DNA from: the human T2T-CHM13v2.0 reference genome, Homo sapiens
Length of the DNA: 64,000 bases
Strand: one strand, 5' to 3'
Assembly (NCBI RefSeq): GCF_009914755.1
Contig: NC_060925.1
Under the pieces are notes generated by a model that worked only from the letters and a program-made list of their open reading frames with translations, was not told the DNA's origin and ran no database searches. Shown here piece after piece: positions 28,716 through 42,450 of the stretch; positions within the stretch are counted from its first letter, which is position 1, and each line of letters begins with the position of its first letter. Made by a program: the position numbers and the translations under genes.

Positions 28716-29334
28716 CTTTCTTCCCTTCTGTGCCAGCTCTGTGCTGAGGATGTGGAGATGAGTTGGCCGCGGCTCTCAGTGGAAAACCATCTTGCTAGAG
28801 TAGGAGGTACAGCCTTCTATGGGAGCTCAGTGGGGGAAGGAGGCTTAGATCTCAGGCCCAGGGGTGAGTCCTCCACCTGCCATACCTGAAGGCATGCCCT
28901 CATCTGCTGGCCACTCCAGACACTGCTGACCAGAAAAGAGGGTGGGATGAGATGGTGGCCAGGGGATCTCTGGAAGCCCCAAACCATTCTGGGATGAACA
29001 GTTTATATGTCCATGTCCCTGGGCCCTATGACCATGAGCCCCTGGAGGGCAGGGATAGTGTCTGACTCATCTGAGTCCTCAGTGCCCAGCCAGGCTGGGA
29101 GCAGACCACAACTCAGTGAAGGTTAGTTGATAAACGAATGAGTCCTCAATGATCTCTTCCATGTGTTTCCCGAGGCTCCTCGGTCCCTGTGCAACACAAG
29201 CCTCCTCAGTCACCCTCCTAAAACCAAGATCCAAGGTGACATAGAGGACCTGGACCCTGGGGCCAGTCCTAGGATGACATGAGGACCAGCTAAGGCCCCT
29301 AAAAATGAGGCAGGGGGCATGACAACTTCAGCCC

Positions 29335-29430
29335 CACCCTGGCCATGTGGTCCTGGGAAAGCCATTGAACATCTCACTGAGCTTCCATTTCCTCATCTGC
29401 AAGTGGGGATGATGAGAAAGCAACTCCTGC
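29335..29430 (+). mobile_element. MIR core
   Basis: TGTGGTCCTGGGAAAGCCATTGAACATCTCACTGAGCTTCCATTTCCTCATCTGCAAGTGGGGATG. Confidence 0.7.
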
Positions 29431-30027
29431 CCAGGGCGGCCAAGAAGATCAGCTGAGAAAACAGAAGAGAATGAGGCTTGCTGCACACACAGGAGGCTCA
29501 GCGCTTCCTTCTGATGTCTGTCTCTCAACACATTCTGATGGTGCATCTCCTGTGGGCAGGCCCTGTGGGCCCAAAGAGACAAACCCAGGCTGGAGGTCGG
29601 ACTGGGTAAGTGCAGAGGTCCTGAGCACCATCAAGCCTGAACGAAGCAAAGGAGAAAGAAAAAGTGGCTGGGGATATTGCTTGGCACTGATGGGAGCTTA
29701 GCAAATGCTAGACTGGTAAAGAAGCAGATGGATGGACATATAGATGGGGACAAACGAATGAATGAAGACAAATCTCAAGGTTTTGGTTCCTCCTCTTCCC
29801 ATGGTTTGGTGTGCCTTGTCCCCAAGAGACTCAGGCCCACAGTCCTCTCAGGGCCCCCAGTGGAAGTACCTATCCACAACATGCATCGCAGCCCGGCGAC
29901 CCCTGCCCAAGTCTCCATCCTCTCCACTCGCTGTCTATTTCTCTCTGTCTGCGTTCCTCTGTTCTGTCTCGTGGTCTCTTTCTGCAAGTCTCTAACGTTC
30001 TCTAGCTCATTCTGTTTTTCTCTGCAG

Positions 30028-30437
30028 GTGGGTATCTTTACCCAGATCTCCTCTTGGCCTCTACCTCTTCTTTCTTTCCTTCCCTCCTCCCCCTCACCCC
30101 ACTGCCTGTCTTCCTGATCGCCATGTGAATTCCTTCTTCCTGCGGCACAGGTGTGCCTGCAGATGTTTTATCCAGGGAGACACTGCTGGTAAGCAGTGAG
30201 AGGATCAGGGTGAGACAGACATCCCTGCTGAAAGGGGGTGTGGCCTGAGGTCAGCTGTGACCCCAGTCACTGGCCCTCCACCATCCCCGCCCTCCCCATG
30301 CATCTCCTGATCCCTGGCCCTCCTCTGGCCCCCACCCTACAGGCTGCCAGCAGTGGGTGAGGAGGAAGAAGTGCTCCCGAAGGAGAAGTATCCACCTGGA
30401 CCAGACCCTAAGGAACAGGGTGCCACAGGACCGGCAG
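30028..30437 (+). ncRNA. Candidate exons 30028-30188 and 30343-30437 of a spliced, probably non-coding transcript
   Basis: Branch point CTAAC with a long pyrimidine tract and CAG (30027); donor CTG|GTAAGC (30189); acceptor CCCTACAG (30342); donor CAG|GTTAGT (30438). Prediction only. Confidence 0.3.
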
Positions 30438-30649
30438 GTTAGTTTTCACTAAGGGGTTCCCAGTCAAAGCACTGCCATCCCCCACCATGGGGCAGACACA
30501 GGAGGCTGTGAGAGGGGCAGTGCCAAATTCCACCTAGCTTGGGACTGAGACCAGTACACACAAGACCTCAGCATACCAGCAATGCTGATCACCTGCACAG
30601 TTGAGCCTGGCACTTCACAATTTCCCAGATCCTGACACATCCACCCTTC

Positions 30650-31560
30650 CCTTCAACAAATACTTATTGAGCACTCCTCTGTGCCAGGCACGGTTCTAGG
30701 TACTTGGGACAGAGCAGTGAACGAGATCAACAAGATCATGTGGAACTACTATTCCACACTATCTCTACTATTCGTGTGGAGAGCAAGCAACCTGCGAAGT
30801 CAGAACACAGAGGCCAGGGGGATGGAGGAGCCATAGGCGGTGAGAGGAGCAGGTCGGGGGCCAGAACAGCCCCAGCTCTGAACACATTAAATCTGGGGTG
30901 CCGCCTGGGTGTCCACATGGAGACACAGGGATGGCAGGCAGACAGGCAAGTCTGAGTTCCGGGGAAGATCCAGATGGGCATAGAAATTTGGGAGTCATCA
31001 ACAAATGGGCGTTCTTCAAAGCCACGGCCTGGATGAGATTGAGAGAAAGAAAGGTCAGTGAGATGGTGGGGAACCAGAACGGGGACTGGGAAGAAGCGGA
31101 GGGGGAAACTCAGAGAGCGCAGTGTCTGGAGAACAAAGTGATGAGACACATCAGGGAGGAGGGAGCGAGCCCTGGCAAATGCACTGAGGGTCCCAGGACT
31201 GAGGCGACTGCAGCCCGGCCAGCCCTCCAGCGATCCTCCTAGGAGCAGCGTCGTGCCGCTACAGATGTGAACGCCCAGCAAGCCAGGGCTCCGAGAAAAA
31301 TGGAGAGAGAGAAATGGGACCAAAAGTACAGCTAACTCTTTCCAAGAGTTTTGCTCAAAAGGAAAGGAAAGGAACGAAGGCAGTCTCTGAAGAGGGAAGT
31401 GGGTTGAGAGGTTTGTTTTGGTTTGTAAAATGGTAGAAACATCAGCTTGCTTACATGGGGATGGGGATGACTCAACAGAAAGGAAATGCTGATGATGAGG
31501 AGCTATGTCTTGGAGCAGGTGACGGGGCCTAGTGCACAGGGCCAGTGTGACGCTCACACA
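30650..31560 (-). mobile_element. L2
   Basis: TTCAACAAATACTTATTGAGCACTCCTCTGTGCCAGGCACGGTTCTAGGTACTTGGGA followed by L2 body. Confidence 0.75.
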
Positions 31561-31699
31561 CCCCAGAGGCTGGCCAGGCAGGAGGACCTGTCCTCATTTT
31601 TTAGGTGAGGAAACTGAGGCTGAAAATGGCTAACCTGTACCTTCAGATGTAGGAATGCCCAGGTGTTCCTTTCTCACTTGACACCTTACTTAAAAACCT

Positions 31700-31792
31700 C
31701 CTGTAACCCCCCAGAGGGTGAGGAATCTGCATTTTAACCCCTTCCCTAAATGTTTCTTATGCACACTGAGGTTTGATAATCACTGCTCTAGA
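31700..31792. mobile_element. MER5A fragment
   Basis: AGGAATCTGCATTTTAAC...TTCTTATGCACACTGAGGTTTGATAATCACTGCTCTAGA. Confidence 0.7.
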
Positions 31793-31884
31793 CGAGTTGT
31801 CTCCAACTTTTTTGATCTCATATCCCAATCTGGAGAAAATGTATTCATTGATAATTTAACTATGTATATATAACCAAATGCATT

Positions 31885-32050
31885 CTACCACATGCTAGTT
31901 ATATGGCCTTGGGGTGCAAGGAAGTTCTCCGTGTCTCAGTTTCCTCATTTGTAAAAACCACATATCTCATACAGTCATTGTGAAGACCAAGTGAGTTACA
32001 AACATGTGCAGTGCTCAGAACAGTGCCTCACATGGAGGCTCATCACCATT
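31885..32050 (+). mobile_element. MIR
   Basis: CTCCGTGTCTCAGTTTCCTCATTTGTAAAA...GTGCTCAGAACAGTGCCT. Confidence 0.75.
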
Positions 32051-32274
32051 ATTATACCAAGAGTGAGATGCACCAGATAAGAATCGCATTCTAATATTTC
32101 TTCCCCCACCCCACAGACGTTCTGGGCACCCCCAGCTGAGCCATCGCTGCTCCACACAGTGAACTCGAGGATGAGAACCACATCTTTCTTATTCATCTTA
32201 TTTCCCTTGCCTACATGGGGGTCTGGCACACAGCAGGCAGGCAATAACCTTGTGCTGGTTTATTTGTTACACCT

Positions 32275-32490
32275 GTTTATTTATCCACACTGCTTGGGCC
32301 CAACCTCAGGTTGAGGCACCACGAGCTGCATATCATCACTTAATCTTTCCAACAAGCACCAAGGTAGGGATCAATATTCCATTTTACAGCAAGAGACACT
32401 GAGGCTCTGGGAGTAAAGTGGTTTGTCTAAGATCCCAGATAGAATTAGAGCTTGGGCCCAAACCCAGGACACCAGATGCCTAGTCCCATG
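32275..32490 (-). mobile_element. MIR
   Basis: TATTCCATTTTACAGCAAGAGACACTGAGGCTCTGGGAG. Confidence 0.7.
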
Positions 32491-33845
32491 GCCAGTGGCC
32501 TCTCCCCATCACCAGGGGCTCAGCCCAGTATATACTGCTGGGATCTGGCCAACTGGGGAAGGGGGGTTGGCTCTCAGCTTCCTCATCCTCCTGCCCCCAG
32601 TGGAAGAGGAAAAGAGGAAGCACGGGGCAAAGGCTCACACACCTCATAATCAGCAGATGCACCTAGGGAAGCAGAGCCCCAAACAGGGAGGGAGGCAGAA
32701 GGGGAGTTGCGGCTCACAGGCACACCACCCCATTCCACTCCACCCCAGAGGGGAGTGCCCCATCCTAAGGTGAAACCCTCGCCTCTCATCAGGAGTCTGC
32801 ATCTTCTCCTCACCTGAGACCTCCTCCTGGCCAAACTGCAGATCAGCCGGGGAGGCTGCATTAACGGCTTTCTGAAATGTCACCAAGAACAAAGCTCCCC
32901 TTTCTGCCAGCCTCTAGTATTTACAAGCAAGCACAAATCTGTGAGAAAATTCAATTGAACACAGATGGCAGGAAATTCCTCTAAAATGACAGTGGCCAAA
33001 TTCAAACCACAAGACATGAAAATAACCCAACATACTAGACATGAAGAACACATCTTATAGACTTCTCCTCGTGCGATTTGCAATCTGTGATGGATTACCA
33101 GGAAGACAGACTGCAGATTTATTGGACTTCTGTAGAACACGGATTCCATTTGCAACAATTAAACCTTCCGTGGTTGAGAAAGGGGTCGGAGAGGGCCAGG
33201 GGGAGATGGTGAAGTTAAGGAATGTGTTGTGAGGCTGATAAAGGTGGGCGTTAGCACTGGCAGTACCGGAGGGCCAGTCCAGCCAAAGCCCAAGGTGCCA
33301 CTAGGCTGCAGGCCCCACTGTGTGGCAGTCAGTTAGGGGCAGAGGCATGCCGCCAGGCTACCGCAGACAGGTACGTGCAAATCTGCTAGTCCTCTGGGTC
33401 TAAGCTAGACCAGAGCTGTGGCTGGATCCTCATAACTGCAGAGGTCCGGAGGGTGCAGGAGAGAGGAACACAATCAATGAGCTGAGGGACAGCGATATCA
33501 CCAGTCCCCACACCTTTGACAAAGGAGACATCACTCATAGACAGCAAGTGGCTGAAGCTGGGTCCCTGTTTGCCATCCCCGGGCTAATGCACCGGGGGCC
33601 TTGTAGTGTGTGCTGGTGGCTGGGCACAGCCATTAAACAGGTGTGCTTAAACTCTTAATGAGCTCAACATATGCTAATAAGCTAGAGGCTCAGGTGTATG
33701 TAATGGGTCAGTGGTTGAGGGGTATGCTAATAGGTCAGAGACTCAAATCCATGCCACAGAGCTTTCTTTACCAAGTGGCTGGCACCCAGCACCTGTATAT
33801 TCCACCACCCAAGTCTTCAGAGGACTCAGATCTCCAAGGGAGATG

Positions 33846-34350
33846 GGTAAGAGGGATTAAGATGACCACAGATTTGACACTATTCCCATTAAGAGGTTGG
33901 TCTGTTCCCCCGCCCCTTGGGTCTGGTGTGGCCTGTGACTGCTTTGGCGGATGGAGCAGAATGTGGAAGGAGCACTGTGCCTGTTATGAGCCTGCCTTTA
34001 TAAGGACTGGCAGCTTCCCTCTTGGTTTCCTGGAGCCCTGAGCTACCACGTGAGAAGCCTGATGCCCCTGCCAGATGCATCCACGAGGCTATGTGGAGGG
34101 GGAGAGGACCGGGTCCAGCCCAGCCTTCAGTTGCCCCCACCCATGCACCATCCTAAGAGCTGTGTGTCTTGCCCCTCCAACCAGAGAGCCATCAGCTGAC
34201 TGCCACCAAAGGGACCCCAGTTGATTGCAAGAGGAACACAAGGGTCACCAGGAAGAGCCTGACAGCAAATTCCTGACTCAAAAAATTGTGAGATCTGGTG
34301 AAATGTTGGGTGATTGAAACCACTCAGTTTTGGGCTAGGCTGTTAAGCAG
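33846..34350 (+). mobile_element. MLT1-family (MLT1F/G/H-like) MaLR solo LTR
   Basis: CCCCTTGGGTCTGG...GCCTGTGACTGCTTTG...AAGGACTGGCAGCTTCC...AAATTCCTGACTCAAAAAATTGTGAGA...AAACCACTCAGTTTTGGG. Confidence 0.8.
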
Positions 34351-34509
34351 ATCATCCACCCTTGCCCCTTCTCTGCACCCTCTCTGTTCTCTCCCTTTCA
34401 GCCTCATCCTCTCAGCCTGGGCTCTCAACTTCCTGTCTGGTCCCCTACTAGCCACATTCCACCTGGTCTCCAGCAACCTTGCTGGTGCTCAAAGCCCTGT
34501 GGGGTCTTG

Positions 34510-34900
34510 ATCACCCCTCCAGCCACCGCACCCACCACTCCCCTATCCACCCCTATGCTCACCATTCCCCAGATGGAGCACACTCTTCAGAGGCCCCCAT
34601 GCTGTTGTACATGCTGTTCCCTCTGCCTAATTCACTGCTCCCTGGCATCTGCTCAGCCAACTCCTATGCATCCTTCAGGGCCCAGCTAAAATCCAGGGCA
34701 TTTATTGGCTCTCTCCTATGGACCCTTTTAGCCTTCACCATCCTATATTGCTACTATACACCTGATCTTTATTATACACTAGTCTGGGAAGCAGCTTGAG
34801 GAAGGGACAGAGGCTCCTGATTTGTCTGCCCTGTGCTAACACAGTACCTGGCACAAAGTTCAACAGGGTTTTATTGAATACGTTAATGAAATAACAAATG
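34510..34900 (+). mobile_element. L2
   Basis: CATGCTGTTCCCTCTGCCT...AACTCCTATGCATCCTTCAGGGCCCAGCT...ACAGTACCTGGCACAAAG. Confidence 0.75.
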
Positions 34901-35789
34901 CATGACGCCAGAAGTTCAGTGCAGATCCTGGCCCTAAGCAGTCTACAGGAAAGGAAAACATGAAAAGCTGAATTCCAACAAAGAATTCTGTCAGGCAACA
35001 CAGCAGTCATTATGGGCTCAAGGTCAGGGAAGAGAAAGGCTACTGGGGCCTGGAAAGTCAGGGAGGACTTCCTGGTGGAGGAAGCCCATGCTGATGTCAG
35101 AGTCTCCTCTTCCAGTAGCACCCCAGGTGGGTCCTCTGGGCCGAAGCTGCCCCTTGCACTCCCACTAGCCTGACTGCACTGGTGCTGCTCACATGCCTGG
35201 CTCCCTGTCAGCCACTCACTGCTGCATCCATGGTGCACAGCAGGAGGTAGGGGTGTAGAGGACAAGGGTCAGCTTGTCCTCTACGGTGGCATCATAACTG
35301 GCCTACCTGTCTCTCCCCCAATACAGGGCCCCACCCAGAGTAGGCACAAAGAAGCTGGTTGTCAGGAAGAATGAGTGGGGAGGTGGGGGGCACAGCAGGC
35401 AGGAGGAAGGTCTGAGGGGCCCAAAGAATGCACCAAGGGGCCAAGGGGGTAGCAATGCCCTGGCCGCATGACCCCAGAGTCTCCCCTTCTATGAATGCGG
35501 ATCGTGGCAGGGGCGATGCCGTAAGTACTTGGCACAGCAGCGTTTACTGATATCCAGGTACACCCATCTGGGCCTCAGAGGGTGCTGGGGAATAGCCCAG
35601 ACCCTGAAGCCCTCTGAGTGCTCTGAGCCTGAAGAATGCCTCTGCAAGCAAGGAGGCCAGGAAGGGAAGGAAACATTTCCAAAGCTCCAGTCAAGAGCAG
35701 GCCTGGACTTGCTGTCACATTCCAGGAGGGAGCATGAGATGAGGGCAATTGGGAACAGGGTCCAGAGAAGCTCACGGGCACTCAGGTGG

Positions 35790-36070
35790 CTCGGCTCTGC
35801 AGGAGGAGAGCTTTCCAGCCCTGGGGTGAGCTGCCTAGAGAGGTAGTGAGATGCCCATCACTAGTTGTCCATTCAGCAACTGGGTAACCTCTTAGATTAG
35901 AGAATGTCAAGGCTGGAGGGTCTTTCAGTCTTCTTCATTGTATCCACAGGGAAACTGAGGCCCAGAGAAGCCAAAGGACTTCCTCAAGGTCACATGGTGA
36001 GTTGGTGACAGACCAAGACTGGCACCCAGGTCTCCCTGCTCCCAGTCAGGACACCACTCCACACAGGCCC
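35790..36070. mobile_element. L3/CR1 tail (+) followed by MIR (-)
   Basis: GCTGCCTAGAGAGGTAGTGAGATGCCCATCACTAG (L3); GGAAACTGAGGCCCAGAGAAG...CAAGGTCACATGG (MIR). Confidence 0.6.
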
Positions 36071-36236
36071 TCCTCAGCAGACCCAGAGCCAATAATGTTT
36101 GTGAGGGGGCCACACCTGGACCCCACTCACTGATGCTGAATACTAATCCCCAAGGCTCTGCAGCACTGAGAAGGGGCTGAGCGCCTGGACCCACCCCCAC
36201 CAGCGGTGCCACCCTGGGAAAGCTGTTCATCTACAT

Positions 36237-36385
36237 TGAGCCTCAGTTTCCTCATCTGCAAAATAGAAATAGTAACAGATCCCACCTCAGTGGGTCTATG
36301 TGAGGATTAATGAGATGAAAGAGATAAGAGTAGTTAGAACATCCCATTGTGCTTCAAGGGCTCAATAAAGGTAGATGTTGACTTT
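36237..36385 (+). mobile_element. MIR
   Basis: TGAGCCTCAGTTTCCTCATCTGCAAAATAG...GTGAGGATTAATGAGAT...GCTCAATAAA. Confidence 0.85.
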
Positions 36386-37689
36386 TTCTTTTTAACTGTT
36401 TGAGGCACTGGAACAAAAAGGCCCCTGCCCTGCTCCCTCCTGGCTGGGTGGCCTTGGGTAAGGCTCTTTCCCTCTCGAGCCCCTTTGCTTCATCTAAAGT
36501 GAGCAATTTGGCTCCGTGGTCACAAAGGTCCCGGCCAGCTCAACAGTTCTTTGAGTCTACTCTGGGCTTTCCCAGACATTCTCCAGGTTGGGGAGCCACC
36601 TTGTTGGCAGCCCTTTTCCAGACACCTCAATGGGGGAACATCCGAAAAGCATCAGGGCCTTGCTTAGGGGAGGCTAGGCATCCACTGCCTCATTTCCATC
36701 TTGCAGACCCTTGCAAGATGAGCTCATTTCACCCCCACCTCCACCCATGCCTCCCTTGCCCCAGCCATCCTCCCTCTGCCACAAGGAAGGAGCTGCTTTC
36801 TGGGTGGAGTAAGGGGCATTTATTCATCCAGCACGTATTATGTGCCAGGCAGGGCATCAGGCCCTGAATGTCAGAGCAACTCAGAGATGAGGACAGCGTG
36901 CCCCATTTGCACCCAAGGAAGCTAGCTCCAAGACTGGCCCTGGGTCACACTAGTAAGTGACACAAGAGAAACTTGAGCCCACATTCTACACTCTACCCTA
37001 GAGCAGCTTTGTAGGGACCCTAAGCTGAAGAAGGGTAGAGGAGGACAGGACGTGGACTACAGTCCCCTTGAACCAGATCCCTGGCCTGGGGTGGAGAAAA
37101 GGGGAGAGTCAGGGTCAGCCTGACTGGGGCAGGGAGGAGGGAAAAGGCCAGCCCCTGGGGCAGCATACAGACATGGACCCTTGAGCCACAGCTCAGCCTA
37201 GACCTTCTCCCTCTCAGCTTGCTATCTGGCTGGATGGGGGCTCTCCTGGTGCTCAGGTTTATGGGAGTGTGTACCTTCAGGGCTCAGCAGGGAGGAGAGA
37301 CTACAAAGAGAGCAGGGAGTCACTGCAAATCGAAGTGTAGCCCACCAGCCGAGCTGACTCTCCCAGCTGGGCAGGGTGGACCACAGTCAGCAGCCAAGAC
37401 AGGATTCACCACAGGGGGAGGTGGCCATGCAGGATGGGATGTGTGCTGGCAGACCCATGTTGGAATCATCCACCACCCGTCCACTGAGTGGCCTTGGGCA
37501 GTGTCCCCTCAACAAGGTTGGAGGACTGAGCAAGATAGACACATATACACATCCATGTATGTATGTCTCAGCACTGCCTGGCTCATAGGACACAATCAGG
37601 AGAAGGTGCAAAGTGAGAAATGCTAATGCTTCTTGGGAATGAGGTCCACAGGTGGGGGTCCCTGCCTGTTGGGAGGACAGGTAAGCAAA

Positions 37690-37900
37690 CGGTTAGTGAC
37701 AGAAAAGGCCCTCACCCAGTCGAGACAGTCAGGGAAGGCTTCTTGGAGGAGGGGGCACTTGAGCTGGGCAGTGGGGATGAGGTACAGGGAGACTAAGGTA
37801 AATAGCACATCCAGGATAGAAGGCAGAGGAGGAGTTAAGAGGCAGGCTGGGCCCATCACACGGCTTATTTGCCTAGTGATGCATTTGGGCTTTGTCCTGG
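37690..37900 (-). mobile_element. L2 fragment
   Basis: GTCAGGGAAGGCTTCTTGGAGGAGGGGGCACTTGAGCTGGGC. Confidence 0.65.
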
Positions 37901-39279
37901 AACAAGATTTTCAAAAAGCCTAATTGGTTTTTATTAGAAACAATCCCCCAACATCGAAAACTCCCCAAATGCCTGGTCTTCTAGACTTCCCTAGACCACT
38001 CCAGAGGCCCACACAGTTGGAAATCTCTTAAAGGGGAGGCGTGGGGAGGACGTGATAGAGTTTCTGGGCTGCTGAAGGACCCTGAAGGCCTGATTCGAGG
38101 AGGCCTAGAAAGGCGCTGACTCCTTAAGGTCAAGCAGGACCCAGGCCTCCAGCAGCCACCCGAGACTCCTCCTCCCCACGGCTCCCTGTGGGACCTCTAT
38201 GCTGCCCCTCTCTGGGGTGGCCCCAGGATGTGCCTACCGCACGGCAAGTAGCAGGGATGGTGGGACAGACACAACACTACAGATCAGGACTGGGGACAGG
38301 GAGGTTGGCTACCACCAGATGAGAACTCAGTGAAGAGTCATTCAACCCAGGACTGCCAACAGGGAAGATAAACTTCCTGTCCTGAGGTCTCCGCTGGGCT
38401 GTGTCTCCAAACAAGAGCTAGGACCAGTGCAGGGAGGGATGGAGGGCCATAGATTGGGGCTGGGGTGACAGACCTCTGCTCAACACAGGGAGGGAGTGAG
38501 CTTCCTATCCCCAGAGGTATGTAATCAAGGGGCTGAACTGCTGCTACAGAAGGGAGGCCTGCCCCCTGCGAAAAGGCTTAACGGAAAACAAAGCCCTCTT
38601 AAGTCCAGGCCTCACAAGCTGGAAGACCCCAGGCAAGTTGGTGGCATTCTTGGGGCCTCAGACGTTCATCTGTCGCAGGGGATGTTCTTCCCTGGTTGAT
38701 GTGCCGTGTGAGGAGCCACAGCGAGGACACTCGGCAAAGCACTATAAAAACATGCAGCATTATCATCATCATTCGAAACAGGCTTTCTGAAGAGTGGGCC
38801 CCCGCAGGACCCAAGAGAAATGCATCCCTTGCCGTCTATTGAAACCATGTGTTCCCAATGAGGTAATGGATGGGAACGCACTTTGTAAAATGTAAATCCC
38901 AGCACAAATGGTAGTTGTTATCATTGCCATTATCATGATGATGATGGCGGCAAGGATGATGATGATGAGGGCTGTTCTCCCATCTCCTGCTGTGGGGACC
39001 CCAAGTGGCCAAAAATAATCAAGCGTGGATCCTGAGGGCAAACCCATCACATGTGGGCCGTCAGCCTCCTGGTTTGGAGGCAGCTACAGGGGGCAGTTTC
39101 TAACAGGCTTAGCCAACTCCATAAGGGCTGCCACATTGCCATTGTAATCAGGTGCCCCAGATCCAGCCAGGCTGAGCTAATTATCCCTCCCACCCTCACC
39201 TCCAAACCTATGCCTCCTTCCCCACCTCTAATCAGAGCATCGTCCTCTGCCTTACTCCCCCATCCAACCAGTCACCCAT

Positions 39280-39519
39280 AATAGTGACAACTAATGCTTA
39301 CTGAGCACCAATGTGGGCTGAGACTGTTCTAAGTCCTTTACAGAGACCATCTCCCCGGCGCTATAAAGCAAACACTGTACACCCCCATTTTATAGATGGG
39401 GAAGCTGATGCACAGAAAAGGTAACTGCCCAAGGTCACACAGCTGATAAGCACTGGAGCCAGGATCTGAACTCATAGATTCACTGGCAATCCAGAGCCCA
39501 TGAATGGCCTCTTCCATCA
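39280..39519 (-). mobile_element. MIR
   Basis: CCCCATTTTATAGATGGGGAAGCTGA...GTAACTGCCCAAGGTCACACAGCT...GGAGCCAGGATCTGAAC. Confidence 0.85.
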
Positions 39520-39606
39520 CCCAAGCATCTGTCGCAGCTCTCCCACTGAGCTCCATGGCCACTCCCAAGTGTCTGTCACAGCTCTCCCACTAGCTCCATG
39601 ACCACT
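39520..39606. repeat. 44-bp tandem duplication
   Basis: CCCAAGCATCTGTCGCAGCTCTCCCACTGAGCTCCATGGCCACT / CCCAAGTGTCTGTCACAGCTCTCCCACT-AGCTCCATGACCACT. Confidence 0.9.
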
Positions 39607-41019
39607 GCCACCACCCTAGTCCAGACCCCCAGCACCTCCCATCTCAGCCTGTGTGGCCCCAGCCCCATCTGCACACTTGGCCTGCCTCCCACAGCCAGGT
39701 GAATAACTCAGGGCTTGGATCTTCTTGTTCTTTTCTAGGTTTCTAAATTCCGGTACAGGGCTGGGCCCACAGCAGGCAGGCATCAGTGAGTTCTGATTAC
39801 ACGGAAGTGAACCAAACCCATATCAGAGGCCTGGGGGCTGCCAAGGCTGAGGAGGGGCCACAGACGGCAAGCGAACGGCTCCTGGGTGCCAGGGGCCATG
39901 CTGAGCACTTTCCGTGAGTTATCTCATTTCATCCAAAGACCACTCCAGGCACAACTGTGCCGCTGGACAGATACAGAGGCCCCTTCACCCCACCAGCTGG
40001 GGCACCCTCCTCTAGAATCCAGAGGGGAGAACCCCAAGCTGGGCTCCGTGACCCTGCCTCATTGCCCTTCACGGCTGTGTGCCACAGCTCCCTCACCTGT
40101 CCTGTGGAGTGAGCCATCCCTTTCTGGAAGGGTGGTTGGGGCAGTTGGAGGAGCAAACACTGGTGAGTCGCTGGCCAACTCTGGCACTTCACTGGAGCCC
40201 GGGGAACACTGGCTGCCTAAGCTCCATGGAGGTCTCTCTCGGGGTCAGGACAAAACGTTCCAAGGCTGAGCCACGGCTCCCTCCAGGCCAGCGGCGGGGC
40301 AGCCCCAGGCAATAGCCTTTACAAGGAGCCAGGATTTATGGGATTTATGGCTCACATCCTCAGAAAAGGCTCCTCTGATGTGGCTCCAGGCGCCTCAAGG
40401 GAACCGGGAAAGACTAGCCGGGGGGCTCTATCCCAAGCCACCCCTCCCTTCTCACTGACTCCCCTCCTGACTGCTCTTGCCCAAATGATCTGGAAGGTGG
40501 CAGAGAATCCAACTCAGAAAATGAGGGCAACCCAGAACCCACTCTGCAGGGAGTCTGGCCCTAGCCAGCTAGAATCGAAAATAACCCTGACAGGATCCAT
40601 GCGGTGCCCACTTCCAGGGGAAAGCCTGGCACATCAGAGATTCTGGTGTGCCCCCACCCCAAACCCCACACCAGCAGAGACCAAGTCACTCCCTCTACCA
40701 TGGTGAGTATTAATCCCACACTGCACCTGCTGGCCCCTAGCCTAGAGCATCCTGCCTCCCACACACCCCCTCCAGGAAGCCCTACCGGATGCTTCCTACA
40801 CCAGAGGCAGAGTCAGAGTACGATGTACTGCTGATTATTGTCCAGCACCTGCTATATGGCAATGCTCATTAAATATTTATCAAATGGACATATGAATTCT
40901 CTGAATTTGTATTGTTTGCAAAGACCACTTGCCTCCAATGTCATCATCACATGCAGACAACCATAACAATGGAAAAGTATTTAGCATTCAATATGGGCAA
41001 AGTTCTAAGTAGTTTTCAT

Positions 41020-42449
<1,430 letters not shown>

Positions 42450-42450
<1 letters not shown>

